A stretch of DNA of 64,000 nt. Origin: an uncultured Nitrospiraceae bacterium. Lineage in GTDB: Bacteria; Nitrospirota; Thermodesulfovibrionia; Thermodesulfovibrionales; UBA9159. Shown piece by piece: positions 18,395 through 27,728 of this stretch (positions are counted from its first letter, which is position 1; each line of letters begins with the position of its first letter). The notes beneath the pieces are model-generated. The model was given only the letters and a program-made list of their open reading frames with translations. It made no database searches and was not told the DNA's origin. The DNA lies in contig CAYYWY010000002.1 in assembly GCA_964475485.1 (NCBI GenBank), positions 18,903-82,902 on the forward strand, read 5' to 3'. Made by a program: the position numbers and the translations under genes.

Positions 18395-19696
18395 TCATCG
18401 TGTGATGCGTACGTCAAGGAGATGTGTGGAACACGAGATGCATGGGTCGTAGGCCCTTATGGCCCGTTCGATGCCCTTTTTGAGGGACGCCGTGTCGAGG
18501 TGAGTATTGAGCTGCACATAATGCCTGAGTTCTGCTTCCATCATGGAAAGGTTTTGAGAAGTGGGAGGGATAAGTCCGCAGTGGAGCACCTTGCCCTCGT
18601 TGTTCAGTTCGTATCTGTGGATAAGGATGCCTCTCGGGGCCTCGGTTATCCATACCGCCTCGCCGGCCCTGGGCTCGAAGGCAACGGAGGGTCTATCCGG
18701 TTTCTCATAATCTTTGATGATCCGCAGCGCCTCGTGAAACGCGTACGCCATCTCTACCGATCTTGCGACAATGCTCATCTGCGTGTTCGTAATGGGGAGC
18801 GTCACCGGGGATCCTTCGATCCTCTCTCTGATTTCTGAAGGTAATCTCTCGTAGTTAAGGTTGAGCCGTGCTATCGGGCCGACGAGGTACGGGCTCAGGG
18901 AGGAGTTCCTCTTGATCCCGGAGTATAGGGCCGTGGAGTCCCCCACCTGGTATTCCTGCAGAATTTTCATAAAGCCGTCCATCGACTCATCAAGTCCCCT
19001 GTTCGAGATGACACGACCTTCGTTCATGGGATATTCCCCGGCATGACTCAGCGAAACATACTCCACGTCGCGGACGTTGTCATTAAAGGGCAAACGCGAC
19101 GCCCATTCTATCTCCGTGAGAGACTCCTCGTATGCGCGTTGAAGTTCGCCGCGAATGGAGGCGAGCTCCCTTTTCTCCGGGACTCTGTAAAATCCTCCGA
19201 TCCTGACCGACACAGGATGTACCGACCTTCCGCCGAGGATGGACAGTATCCTGTTGCCGAGTCGCTTAAAGCCCAGACCCCTTCTTGCAACGGGAATATA
19301 CTCTCTGTCGGACCAGGCGCTTTCAATCCCGTAAAAGTCGGGTCCGTGAAGGAGATAGACGTGCAATGCATGGCTCTCTATCCACTCCCCTGCGTACAGG
19401 AGTCTCCTCAGGTCCCTTACCGGCTTTTCTATCTCGATTCCGAAAATCTTTTCCATGGCATGGACGGAACTCATCTGGTAAGCTACCGGGCATATACCGC
19501 AGATTCGTGCCGTGAAGTCAATCACATCCGAGCACGGCCTTCCTCTGACGAGGGATTCGAAAAATCTCGGCGCCTCGAAGATCCTCATACGGAGTCCCGT
19601 CAGCTTGCCATCCGCGATTTCTACGGAAACCCCTCCTTCTCCCTCGACCCTCGCTAAGTAGTCGATCTTGATGACCTTATTCACCTTGTCCGTCAC
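18395..19696 (-). CDS. cytoplasmic group-3b NiFe hydrogenase large (alpha) subunit
   Basis: RICGICPVAY N-terminal motif and DPCISCSTH C-terminal motif, 433 aa. Operon order beta-gamma-delta-alpha as in sulfhydrogenases. Confidence 0.85.
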   Translation of the reverse strand: MTDKVNKVIKIDYLARVEGEGGVSVEIADGKLTGLRMRIFEAPRFFESLVRGRPCSDVIDFTARICGICPVAYQMSSVHAMEKIFGIEIEKPVRDLRRLLYAGEWIESHALHVYLLHGPDFYGIESAWSDREYIPVARRGLGFKRLGNRILSILGGRSVHPVSVRIGGFYRVPEKRELASIRGELQRAYEESLTEIEWASRLPFNDNVRDVEYVSLSHAGEYPMNEGRVISNRGLDESMDGFMKILQEYQVGDSTALYSGIKRNSSLSPYLVGPIARLNLNYERLPSEIRERIEGSPVTLPITNTQMSIVARSVEMAYAFHEALRIIKDYEKPDRPSVAFEPRAGEAVWITEAPRGILIHRYELNNEGKVLHCGLIPPTSQNLSMMEAELRHYVQLNTHLDTASLKKGIERAIRAYDPCISCSTHLLDVRITR

Positions 19697-19698
19697 GA

Positions 19699-20463
19699 TT
19701 ACGATGTGTTCTCTATCTTAGCCTTCCTGTACGCATATGTGTTCATCTTGTCAAGCAAAAGCGTGCACTCATTTTGGGTGAATCCCCTTTTCTGGAAGAC
19801 GGCAAGAAGGGATTGGATATTTGAATTCTCCTTCGGTCCGAAACATCCGTAGCAAGGTCTCTCGAAAGATGGGCATAGGACCCCGCATCCGGTCCGCGTG
19901 ACCGGACCCAGACAGGGCTCTCCCTTCGAGACGAGGAGGCAGGGTATCCCCCGGTCCTTACATTCCATGCAAAGGCTGTATCTCGGCATCCCGGGTTTCT
20001 TGCCGATAAGAGAAGATACGAGCGTTTCGGAGACGGCAGTCTTATCGACGGGACATCCCCATAATTCGTAGTCGACGTATACGTGATCCGATACCGGTGT
20101 TGAGGTTGGAAGGGCTGAGATACTTTTGGGAGAGGGATATACATATTTCTTGTATGCGGAAAGATTCGCCCAGTTTCTCAATGCCTGCAGTCCTCCGGAG
20201 GTGGCGCACGCCCCTATGGTTATGAGATGCCTCGACCTCTCTCTGATATTCACTATCTCTTCCTTTTGGCGGTCCGTCGATACGGAGCCCTCGACGATGC
20301 CGATCTCGAACTGACCTCTGAGAGGCCTGTCCGTGGCCTCCCGGAAATAAGAGATGTCGTACAGCTCAATAAGATCCAGAAGCGTGTCTTCCAGGTTCAG
20401 GATGGCGAGCTGACAGCCGTCGCATGAGGTAAGTTTGAATACACCGATCTTCGGCTTCTTCAT
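19699..20463 (-). CDS. group-3b NiFe hydrogenase small (delta) subunit
   Basis: Nuo 20-kDa-like fold: LTSCDGCQ, GACATSGG, plus a Cys-rich C-terminal FeS region. Confidence 0.85.
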   Translation of the reverse strand: MKKPKIGVFKLTSCDGCQLAILNLEDTLLDLIELYDISYFREATDRPLRGQFEIGIVEGSVSTDRQKEEIVNIRERSRHLITIGACATSGGLQALRNWANLSAYKKYVYPSPKSISALPTSTPVSDHVYVDYELWGCPVDKTAVSETLVSSLIGKKPGMPRYSLCMECKDRGIPCLLVSKGEPCLGPVTRTGCGVLCPSFERPCYGCFGPKENSNIQSLLAVFQKRGFTQNECTLLLDKMNTYAYRKAKIENTS

Positions 20464-20464
20464 T

Positions 20465-21313
20465 TCAGATCTCCTTTATCCCGAAAAATTCCTCGATTTC
20501 TGAAAACCTGAAAACAGGGCCGTCCTTGCACACGAATTTTGGACCGAAAAAACAATGCCCGCATATTCCCATGCCGCAATTCATATTCCGTTCCATGGAT
20601 AAAAAGATCTTCTCTCCTGCCACGCCTTTCAGGATCAACTCCTTTACCACCGTCTGCATCATTATCTCCGGCCCGCATATGAACACCAAGACATTAAGTG
20701 GATCGAACGGAGCTTTGCCCAGAAGCCGTGTTATGAGACCCACATCTCCGTGCCAGTATTCTTCGGGGTCGGCCTTGTCGACCGTAAGAAAAACTTCGAA
20801 AATATCTCTGTACCTTGGAAACTCGTCCCTGAAAATTATATCTTTCGGCGCCTTTGTTCCATAGAGTATCATATGTCTTGAGGCTCCGGTAGAATGTCTG
20901 TATTTTCCAGAAAGCTTCATTACATGCCTGATTGCGGACCGCAAAGGAGCAATGCCCAACCCCCCTGCAATGATCATCACATCCCTCCCTTCCATCTCTT
21001 CCAAAGGCCATCCGTTGCCGAAGGGGCCTCTCATCCCCAGTACATTCCCGGCGCTCAGCCTCGATATGGCAGTTGTAACGTCACCTGCGACCCTGATGGT
21101 GTGCATGAGGTCATGGTCTGACGGAGCAGAGCTTATGGATATCGCTGCCTCGCCGACACCAGGGACGGACAGCATGTTGAACTGCCCCGGGATGAAAGAG
21201 TACGCCTTTTCGATATCCCTGTTTACAATCTTCAGGGCATATGTGGCGGTATCCCTTGTTTCCTTCTTTATCCACTTTATTCTTGCCTCAAAGGGTATGG
21301 ACTTGTCGTACAT
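20465..21313 (-). CDS. group-3b hydrogenase gamma subunit (FAD/NAD(P)-binding oxidoreductase with 2Fe-2S)
   Basis: Ferredoxin-NADP reductase-like fold (GGLGIAPL) and C-terminal CGMGICGHCF cluster motif. Confidence 0.8.
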   Translation of the reverse strand: MYDKSIPFEARIKWIKKETRDTATYALKIVNRDIEKAYSFIPGQFNMLSVPGVGEAAISISSAPSDHDLMHTIRVAGDVTTAISRLSAGNVLGMRGPFGNGWPLEEMEGRDVMIIAGGLGIAPLRSAIRHVMKLSGKYRHSTGASRHMILYGTKAPKDIIFRDEFPRYRDIFEVFLTVDKADPEEYWHGDVGLITRLLGKAPFDPLNVLVFICGPEIMMQTVVKELILKGVAGEKIFLSMERNMNCGMGICGHCFFGPKFVCKDGPVFRFSEIEEFFGIKEI

Positions 21314-21339
21314 TGTTCAGTTTCCTTCTTATGCAGAGG

Positions 21340-22467
21340 TTATTGCCTAATCGCCTCAAGCTCTTCGGTAATATCGATTCCGGCAGGGCACCATGTGATG
21401 CACCTGCCGCAACCCACACAGTCAGGCGAACCGTGCTGTTCTATACTGTAAGCAAGTTTGTGGGTCATCCAGTGCCTGTACCGTGCGCTCCGGGATGGTC
21501 TGAAGTTGCCGCCATGGACTCTCGCAAAATTTACGGAAAAACATGAGTCCCACGTTCTCACCCTTGTCCCGGAGATCTCCGCTTTTTTCGAAATACCGGG
21601 CAACAAAAGGTAATCATAGCTTGAATTGCAGAAGCACGTGGGACAAACCTGGGTGCAATTGCCGCATTCAAGGTCCAGTTTTGCGACCTCTGCCCACCGG
21701 GGATGCTCAAGATTCCTATAGATTAACGCCGGCAGTTCATGTGTACCGACTGATTTCCTAATCAACCGTATGCAACTCTCGATCGCGGAGGTCTTCTTGT
21801 CCCTGTCGCTGTTATCGATTTCCTCTGACGGCAAAGCATCCATTATCTCCTTTCCTCTTGCTGTTCCAGCTTCAAGGAGGAAATACTCATCGATTTCCGA
21901 GAGCGCCACATCAAATGCATCCCGGATCTCAGGACCGGTTCCCATGGAATGGCAGAAGCAATTCCCGCCGGGATACACGCAATTGACGCCGATTACCAGT
22001 AAATCCTTTCTCAAAGAACTGTAAGTGGAATCCCTGACCGCTCCTCCGAGGAATACCTTATCGAGTTTCTTGAGGGCTGCGATATCGCATGCCCTCACAC
22101 CGATGAAGGCGAGGGGCTTATCTTCCTTGACGACGGGCTTTACATAAAGGCCCTTTTTCGATTTCCTGAACGTGAATAGTTCTTCCATGAAAGGAGGGTG
22201 CAGAAACCGTTTAAATGAATCAGGCCCCACAGAGAATGAAAACATAGTTTTCGCAGGTCCTGCAGTCGGCTGGGATGATTGAGGGCTGCTGAGCTTGTAT
22301 ATGCCTTTGCCCTGGCGGTCTCTATAGCCCGCAGGTATGTCGTCAAAATCGATGTCTTTGAGGACTATGACATCATTTTCGATCTTAGGGCCGATTATCC
22401 TGTGAGAACCCTTGACCTTCTCAAAGACAAGCCTCAAAACGTCTTTCCTTATCTTAATTTCTTTCAT
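21340..22467 (-). CDS. group-3b hydrogenase beta subunit (4Fe-4S dicluster protein)
   Basis: CGNCTQVCPTC and CVGCGRCITWCP ferredoxin motifs, 375 aa. First gene of the four-gene operon. Confidence 0.8.
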   Translation of the reverse strand: MKEIKIRKDVLRLVFEKVKGSHRIIGPKIENDVIVLKDIDFDDIPAGYRDRQGKGIYKLSSPQSSQPTAGPAKTMFSFSVGPDSFKRFLHPPFMEELFTFRKSKKGLYVKPVVKEDKPLAFIGVRACDIAALKKLDKVFLGGAVRDSTYSSLRKDLLVIGVNCVYPGGNCFCHSMGTGPEIRDAFDVALSEIDEYFLLEAGTARGKEIMDALPSEEIDNSDRDKKTSAIESCIRLIRKSVGTHELPALIYRNLEHPRWAEVAKLDLECGNCTQVCPTCFCNSSYDYLLLPGISKKAEISGTRVRTWDSCFSVNFARVHGGNFRPSRSARYRHWMTHKLAYSIEQHGSPDCVGCGRCITWCPAGIDITEELEAIRQ

Positions 22468-22565
22468 GAGTTCATGCTTGCGTTATAGGCAGAAACATAG
22501 CAATAAGAGACGTTCACGAACCCCTATGAATCATCACTATAAGTTTACATTAGAACAGCCGAAAA

Positions 22566-22880
22566 TCATAGCTCGAAGGAATCGCCCTTTGAAGGAACAT
22601 GGGCAACGAACCCGAAGCGCTCCTTGATCATGCGGGCAAAGGAGAGGGATGTCTCCTCTTCCCCGTGCACCACAAAAACCCGGGGGCTGTTCCTGAATGC
22701 CTAGAGCCAGTCCAGGAGTTCCTTTTGGCCGGCATGAGCAGAGAAGCCTCCAAGAGTATAAGTCTTTGCCTTTACCGCGATGTCTTCTCCGAAGATGGAG
22801 ACGGTTTTTGCGCCGTCCACTATCCTTCTGCCGAGGGTGCCCTGTCCTCCCGCACTCACCCGACCTGCGGGAAAAGTGCT
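22566..22880 (-). pseudogene. C-terminal remnant of a beta-CASP MBL-fold RNA-metabolising hydrolase, with an in-frame TAG
   Basis: Own minus-strand translation: ...GQGTLGRRIVDGAKTVSIFGEDIAVKAKTYTLGGFSAHAGQKELLDWL*AFRNSPRVFVVHGEEETSLSFARMIKERFGFVAHVPSKGDSFEL*. TAG at 22703-22701. About 350 N-terminal residues are absent and there is no start codon. Confidence 0.7.
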
Positions 22881-22939
22881 TTATAAAACAACAGCTTGCA
22901 TTATACATGAACAACATTTATAATTCTACAGGGTGACGT

Positions 22940-23518
22940 ATGGGGGACACTAAATATTGTCTCTGCTGCGGTGATAATGTGCCGTATAATTATGTCGAAA
23001 GGCATGAGAGAAGAGAGCTCACATGTGTTTATTGCGGCTTCACTCTCGATGTCCAGAAGCTCTGGGAGCCTTCGGAAACCAGCGAGGGCACCGTCCTCAT
23101 CGCGGAAGATTCGAAATATGTGAGGGACATCATCACCGACGTCGTGAAGGCCAAGAGATTCTCGACCAATGTCATGGCCTTTGAAAACGGTCTGGAGCTC
23201 ATCACCGCTTTCTCGAAGCTTGTCTCCGACAACTCCAGGGCGGATCTCGCCATCATCGATCTCAACATGCCGGTGATGGATGGGATAACCGCGGCGAGGA
23301 CGATCCGCGCCATCGAGTCCCAGCACAAGATAGCCGCCACTCCCGTCGTTTTTTTCTCTGCCACCAAGGCGGACGACGCACTGAAGGCGCAGATGGACAT
23401 CCTCAGTCCTGCAAGCTATGTGAACAAGGGCTCTGACCCCGACCCCGACAAACTTGCCGAAAGGGTTGAGCAACTGGTCGGTTATCTGATGGAGAAGTAC
23501 AGGAAGGGTTCTCAGTGA
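22940..23518 (+). CDS. response regulator with N-terminal CxxC...CxxC zinc-ribbon-like module
   Basis: CLCCGDNVPY...CVYCGF followed by REC (VLIAEDS, DLNMPVMDG, K). Confidence 0.75.
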   Translation: MGDTKYCLCCGDNVPYNYVERHERRELTCVYCGFTLDVQKLWEPSETSEGTVLIAEDSKYVRDIITDVVKAKRFSTNVMAFENGLELITAFSKLVSDNSRADLAIIDLNMPVMDGITAARTIRAIESQHKIAATPVVFFSATKADDALKAQMDILSPASYVNKGSDPDPDKLAERVEQLVGYLMEKYRKGSQ

Positions 23519-23652
23519 CGCCGAAGAAATGAAGCACGCGCCTTCATCGGAAGTGCAGCGCTGAACCCAAAGAATGCGCCCCAGGTAATTTAATGATAGT
23601 CGCTTTCCGATGAATCAGATTTTCCACCCCATCGATCCTTACCCTCATAGCC

Positions 23653-23682
23653 TTGACTTTTGCGTCTTTCATGCCAGATAAT
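23653..23682 (+). promoter_or_regulatory. candidate sigma-70 promoter of tpiA-secG (TTGACT, 18 nt, GATAAT)
   Basis: ttgact 23653-23658 and gataat 23677-23682. The ATG at 23693 is only 10 nt downstream and has no SD. Confidence 0.35.
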
Positions 23683-23692
23683 TATAAGTCTT

Positions 23693-24448
23693 ATGATGCG
23701 CAGACCGTTCATAGCAGCGAACTGGAAGATGAACAAGACCGTGCCCGAGGCGATGGATTTCATCCATTCCTTTCTCCCTTCTGTTGAGGATGTGAAGGAT
23801 GCGGACATAGCGATTGCACCGGCTTTTACCTGCCTTTTCGCCATCGCAGAAAGGCTTGTAGGAACGAACGTGAAACTCTCCGCCCAGAACGTCTTTTACG
23901 AGGAGAAAGGCGCCTTTACCGGGGAGATTTCCCCTGCCATGCTCCTCGATGTGGGGTGCGAGTACGTTATCATAGGACATTCGGAGAGGAGACAGTACTT
24001 CGGGGAGACGGAGGAGGTCGTGAACAAGAAGGCGAAGGTCGCCCAGAAAAACGGACTTCAGGTGATCTTCTGCATCGGTGAAACCCTGAAGGAAAGGGAA
24101 GCCGAAAGGACATGCGAACTGCTGCACACCCAGATCGCACAGGGTCTCAAAGACGTGGAGCCCGGAAAGCTTGTTGTGGCATATGAGCCTGTGTGGGCCA
24201 TCGGAACGGGCAGAACCGCAACGCCAGAGCAGGCCCAGGAGGCACATGCATATATCAGGAAGGAGTTAAGGACGATATACAAGGACGGCGCCGACGCCGT
24301 ACGGATACTCTATGGCGGAAGTGTCACGCCTGAAAACATCGACAGCCTCATGGCATGTCCGGATGTCGACGGGGCACTGGTTGGAGGCGCAAGCCTCAAA
24401 CCGGGGAGTTTCGCAGGAATCGTGAAATTCAAAAGGGGGAACTCATGA
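23693..24448 (+). CDS. tpiA: triose-phosphate isomerase
   Basis: MMRRPFIAANWKMNKT, IGHSERR, AYEPVWAIGTG, YGGSV. Confidence 0.92.
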   Translation: MMRRPFIAANWKMNKTVPEAMDFIHSFLPSVEDVKDADIAIAPAFTCLFAIAERLVGTNVKLSAQNVFYEEKGAFTGEISPAMLLDVGCEYVIIGHSERRQYFGETEEVVNKKAKVAQKNGLQVIFCIGETLKEREAERTCELLHTQIAQGLKDVEPGKLVVAYEPVWAIGTGRTATPEQAQEAHAYIRKELRTIYKDGADAVRILYGGSVTPENIDSLMACPDVDGALVGGASLKPGSFAGIVKFKRGNS

Positions 24449-24819
24449 TCACTTTTCTCACAATAATACATATCATTGTCAGTTTCTTTCTGATATTCAT
24501 CGTCCTCATTCAGAGCAGCAAGGGAGCCGAACTGGGCGCTGCCTTCGGAGGCTCAAGCCAGACTCTTTTCGGGAGCCGTGGCGCTGCAACGTTTCTGAGC
24601 AAGCTCACGACCATTTCTGCCGTCGTCTTCATGATGACTTCGCTTTTGCTCGCCATTGCTTCCGTAAAAGGAGGCTCCGTGGTGAAGCAGACAACGCCCA
24701 TAGAGCAGAAGACCGGAGTTCCTGCCCAGCAGCCTTTGCAGGCGCCGGGGCAGCAGGGTCCGATCCAGGCTCCCACTCAGCAGGCACCTGCTCCGCAAAG
24801 CCCTCAGCCTGCAAAATAG
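24445..24819 (+). CDS. secG: preprotein translocase subunit SecG (with Gln/Pro-rich C-terminal tail)
   Basis: ATG 24445 overlaps the tpiA stop. MITFLTIIHIIVSFFLIFIVLIQSSKGAELGAAFGG is the canonical SecG N-terminus. Confidence 0.9.
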   Translation: MITFLTIIHIIVSFFLIFIVLIQSSKGAELGAAFGGSSQTLFGSRGAATFLSKLTTISAVVFMMTSLLLAIASVKGGSVVKQTTPIEQKTGVPAQQPLQAPGQQGPIQAPTQQAPAPQSPQPAK

Positions 24820-24837
24820 GGTTTTACCTTAATCGAT

Positions 24838-24930
24838 GTCATTGCGAGGAACGGAGTGACGAAGCAATCTGATCGCTCAGAGATCGCTTCGCCTTCCTTC
24901 TTGCCGGCAGGCAGGAAGGCTCGCAATGAC
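24838..24930. repeat. dispersed palindromic repeat family B, full copy with perfect 11-bp terminal inverted repeats
   Basis: gtcattgcgag (24838-24848) and ctcgcaatgac (24920-24930). Internal palindromes gaagcaatct/agatcgcttc and ccttcc..gccggc..ggaagg. Confidence 0.75.
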
Positions 24931-26544
24931 GGCATCTTTAATGAGCATCGAACTTTTCCTTGCGTAATTTTATTATTACTTTCCATGATCGCGGGCGTAG
25001 CATTGTCCTCCTGCTCACGGGAGCCCGAGATAAGAAGGCCGTTCGATATTACCGTTGGCTTTCTCGCTGATGCAAAACGGCTCCTTCCCCTCCTTGCGTC
25101 TGACAGCGCCTCGGGGGAAATCAGCGGACATATCTTCAACGGCCTTACAAAATACGATAAGGATATTAAAATCACCGGCGACCTCGCCGAGTCGTGGGAG
25201 GTGAGCAGGAACGGACTCGAGATAATCTTCCATCTCAGAAAGGGTGTGAAGTGGCATGACGGCGCAGAGTTCACCTCCGACGATGTCGTCTTCACGTTTA
25301 AAACCGTGACGGATCCGAAGGTTCCAACTCCCTACGGCAGCAATTACGGTCCTGTCCGTAAAGTGGAGGCTATCGACAGATATACCGTCAGGGTCACCTA
25401 CAGCGAACCCTATGCACCTGCCCTGGAGTCCTGGGGAATGGGTATCATCCCGAGGCATATACTCGAGGGGAAGGACATTGCGGCTGTTGAGTACAACAGG
25501 AACCCTGTAGGGACAGGCCCTTACAGACTAAAGGAGTGGGTCACCGGACAGAAGATCGTCCTTGAGGCGTTTGAGGAATATTTTGAGGGCAGGCCCGGAA
25601 TCAATAAATATATCGCGCGCGTTATCCCGGATACTGCCACCATGTTTCTGGAACTGAAATTCGGCGGGATCGATTACATGGGATTGACGCCTCCCCAGTA
25701 TAAGCTCCAGTCCGGTTCGGAACGGTTCAACAGGTTTTTTCAGAAGTTTCGCTATCCCTCCTTCGGGTATACCTATATGGGATATAACCTCCAGGACCCC
25801 CGTTTCAGCGACAAACGTGTGAGGAGGGCGATCTCCCATGCCATAAATAAGAACGATATCATCGAAGGGGTACTTCTGGGTTACGGCACACCATGCACAG
25901 GCCCGTTTCCGCCCGAGTCATGGGCATTCAATGCAGACGTAAAGTATCCCGAATACGACACGGAGAAAGCAAAGAGCCTTCTCCGGCAGGCAGGGTGGGC
26001 TGTGGGGCAGGACAATCTCTTCTACAAGGACGGGAAACCATTCAGGTTCACCGTGCTTATCAACCAGGGAAACGAGGCAAGGAGGAAGACCGCAGAGATC
26101 ATCAAGGAGAGCCTGAAAAAGATCGGAATCGACATGGAGATAAAGGTCCTTGAGTGGCAGGCTATGCTTCATGAGTTCATCGACAAAAGGAAATTCGAGG
26201 CGGTGATCATGGGCTGGGCTCTTTCAAGGGACCCGGATATTTATGACATCTGGCATTCCTCAAAGACCAAGGAAGGGGAGTTCAACTTCATCTCCTACAG
26301 GAACGATGAGGTGGACAGGCTTCTCCTTGAAGGCAGGAGGACCTTCGATTTCCAAAAGAGGAAAGTCATATATCGCGAGATTCACCGCATCCTCGCCGAG
26401 GACCAGCCGGTCACTTTTCTCTTTGTTCCCGACGCCCTGCCTGTCCTTCACAAGCGCTTCAAGGGAGTGGAAAAAGCGCCTCTGGGCATATGGTACGACT
26501 TTATCAGGTGGCATGTGCCTCAAAACAAGGCGCAGTGGTATTAA
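24856..26544 (+). CDS. ABC transporter substrate-binding protein, family 5 (peptide/nickel type); start uncertain
   Basis: Lipobox-like LLLLSMIAGVALSSC, then a typical OppA/DppA/NikA fold. The only in-frame start upstream of the signal peptide is GTG 24856, which lies inside the repeat. ATG 24985 would leave a 9-residue signal. Confidence 0.8.
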   Translation: MTKQSDRSEIASPSFLPAGRKARNDGIFNEHRTFPCVILLLLSMIAGVALSSCSREPEIRRPFDITVGFLADAKRLLPLLASDSASGEISGHIFNGLTKYDKDIKITGDLAESWEVSRNGLEIIFHLRKGVKWHDGAEFTSDDVVFTFKTVTDPKVPTPYGSNYGPVRKVEAIDRYTVRVTYSEPYAPALESWGMGIIPRHILEGKDIAAVEYNRNPVGTGPYRLKEWVTGQKIVLEAFEEYFEGRPGINKYIARVIPDTATMFLELKFGGIDYMGLTPPQYKLQSGSERFNRFFQKFRYPSFGYTYMGYNLQDPRFSDKRVRRAISHAINKNDIIEGVLLGYGTPCTGPFPPESWAFNADVKYPEYDTEKAKSLLRQAGWAVGQDNLFYKDGKPFRFTVLINQGNEARRKTAEIIKESLKKIGIDMEIKVLEWQAMLHEFIDKRKFEAVIMGWALSRDPDIYDIWHSSKTKEGEFNFISYRNDEVDRLLLEGRRTFDFQKRKVIYREIHRILAEDQPVTFLFVPDALPVLHKRFKGVEKAPLGIWYDFIRWHVPQNKAQWY

Positions 26545-27200
26545 GGATAATCGTTTTCCCAGCCGTATTTCCCAACAAGAGGAACGAAAACGCACGGGGT
26601 GTGATATTCCCTCCTTAGCCGCCCTTTCTCTTTCCTCGCCCTGATGAGCTGCTGGGAGAAACGGTCGCCTACAGGGGCTACGATGATCCCTCCCTCTGCA
26701 AGTTGCTCGATGAGGGGGCGGGGCAAGTCTGGAGAGCCAGCTGTAATCAGTATCCTGTCGAAGGGTGCTGCCTCCGGCCAGCCCAGGGTGCCGTCTCCTG
26801 TTCTAAGGCGGATGTCGGTATACCCTAGGCTTCTGAGTCGCTCTGCCGCCTTTTCCGATAAGGACTGAAAGCGCTCGATCGTATATACTTCTCTTGAGAG
26901 TTCGGCAAGTATTGCGGCCTGATATCCTGAGCCGGTCCCTATCTCAAGAACCTTCTCAGTCCATCTAAGTTCGAGAAGTTCGGTCATGACCGCTACCATG
27001 TAAGGTTGTGAAATGGTCTGGTCTTCTCCAACAGGAAGGGCCATGTCGTCGTACGCCCTGTGCCACATCGATTCGCCTATAAAGAGGTGCCTCGGGACCT
27101 TTCTCATGGCCTCAAGGACGCGGGTATCCTTGATCCCGCGCGGGATAAGCTGGGTGTCCACCATAAGGTTCCTGAGTCTCCGGAAATCCTCTTTGTCCAT
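26541..27200 (-). CDS. pcm: protein-L-isoaspartate O-methyltransferase
   Basis: TISQPYMVAVMTELL, VLEIGTGSGYQAAILA, APFDRILITAG. Start taken at MDKEDF (27200). Confidence 0.9.
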   Translation of the reverse strand: MDKEDFRRLRNLMVDTQLIPRGIKDTRVLEAMRKVPRHLFIGESMWHRAYDDMALPVGEDQTISQPYMVAVMTELLELRWTEKVLEIGTGSGYQAAILAELSREVYTIERFQSLSEKAAERLRSLGYTDIRLRTGDGTLGWPEAAPFDRILITAGSPDLPRPLIEQLAEGGIIVAPVGDRFSQQLIRARKEKGRLRREYHTPCVFVPLVGKYGWENDYP

Positions 27201-27574
27201 CGCTCGTAGAATGAACTTTACGGGCATGGTAAACAATACCGTAAATAAACCCCGCAAAATAGGTCCTGAACAAGTTTAGCAGCATCCGCAGCCAAATTCT
27301 ATCACTTTATGCCAATATCCCCCCAAAATACTTCCTCTCTCACTCTCAAAAGTTCCTCCTCCACCCAGCGGACATCCGTCTGCCTTAATGGTATCGTAAT
27401 CTCGAAGGATAACCTTATCTCCTTCATAGCTCGCATCCTGTTATGTATTTCCAAAATACAACACAATACAGGGTGAGCTATTTTCTTTCAATCACGGATT
27501 TGGAGATGCTTCCGACCCCCATTGATATGCTGAAATAGGGCGATAAGATTTCCTGATAAATTCATAAAAATTTC

Positions 27575-27603
27575 TTGACACCCCACATATGTTCTGATAT
27601 TAT
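27575..27603 (+). promoter_or_regulatory. sigma-70 promoter of the group-1 hydrogenase operon (TTGACA, 17 nt, TATTAT)
   Basis: ttgaca 27575-27580, 17-nt spacer, tattat 27598-27603. About 120-nt leader to the SD GGAGG and ATG 27729. Confidence 0.55.
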
Positions 27604-27728
27604 TTGGCACATGGGAGAAGGAGAGGAGATATTCCTACGCACACACACCGCACGGGAGCCCGAGCATCGCATGCCTGCCTCTCTGAGCGCATATCACGTC
27701 TTAATATTTATACGGAGGTGAATCATCT

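Noticed and set aside
22537-22917. Listed ORFs 22537..22917 (-) and 22599..22886 (+) as real genes.
   Set aside because: Neither has family signatures. A different minus-strand frame gives a clear beta-CASP C-terminal match, so the region is better explained as a gene remnant.
27302-27427. 41-aa minus-strand ORF (MKEIRLSFEITIPLRQTDVRWVEEELLRVREEVFWGDIGIK) in the pcm-hydrogenase intergenic region.
   Set aside because: Weak ribosome-binding site and no recognisable family. It could equally be chance in a 470-nt regulatory region. Not reported as a feature.
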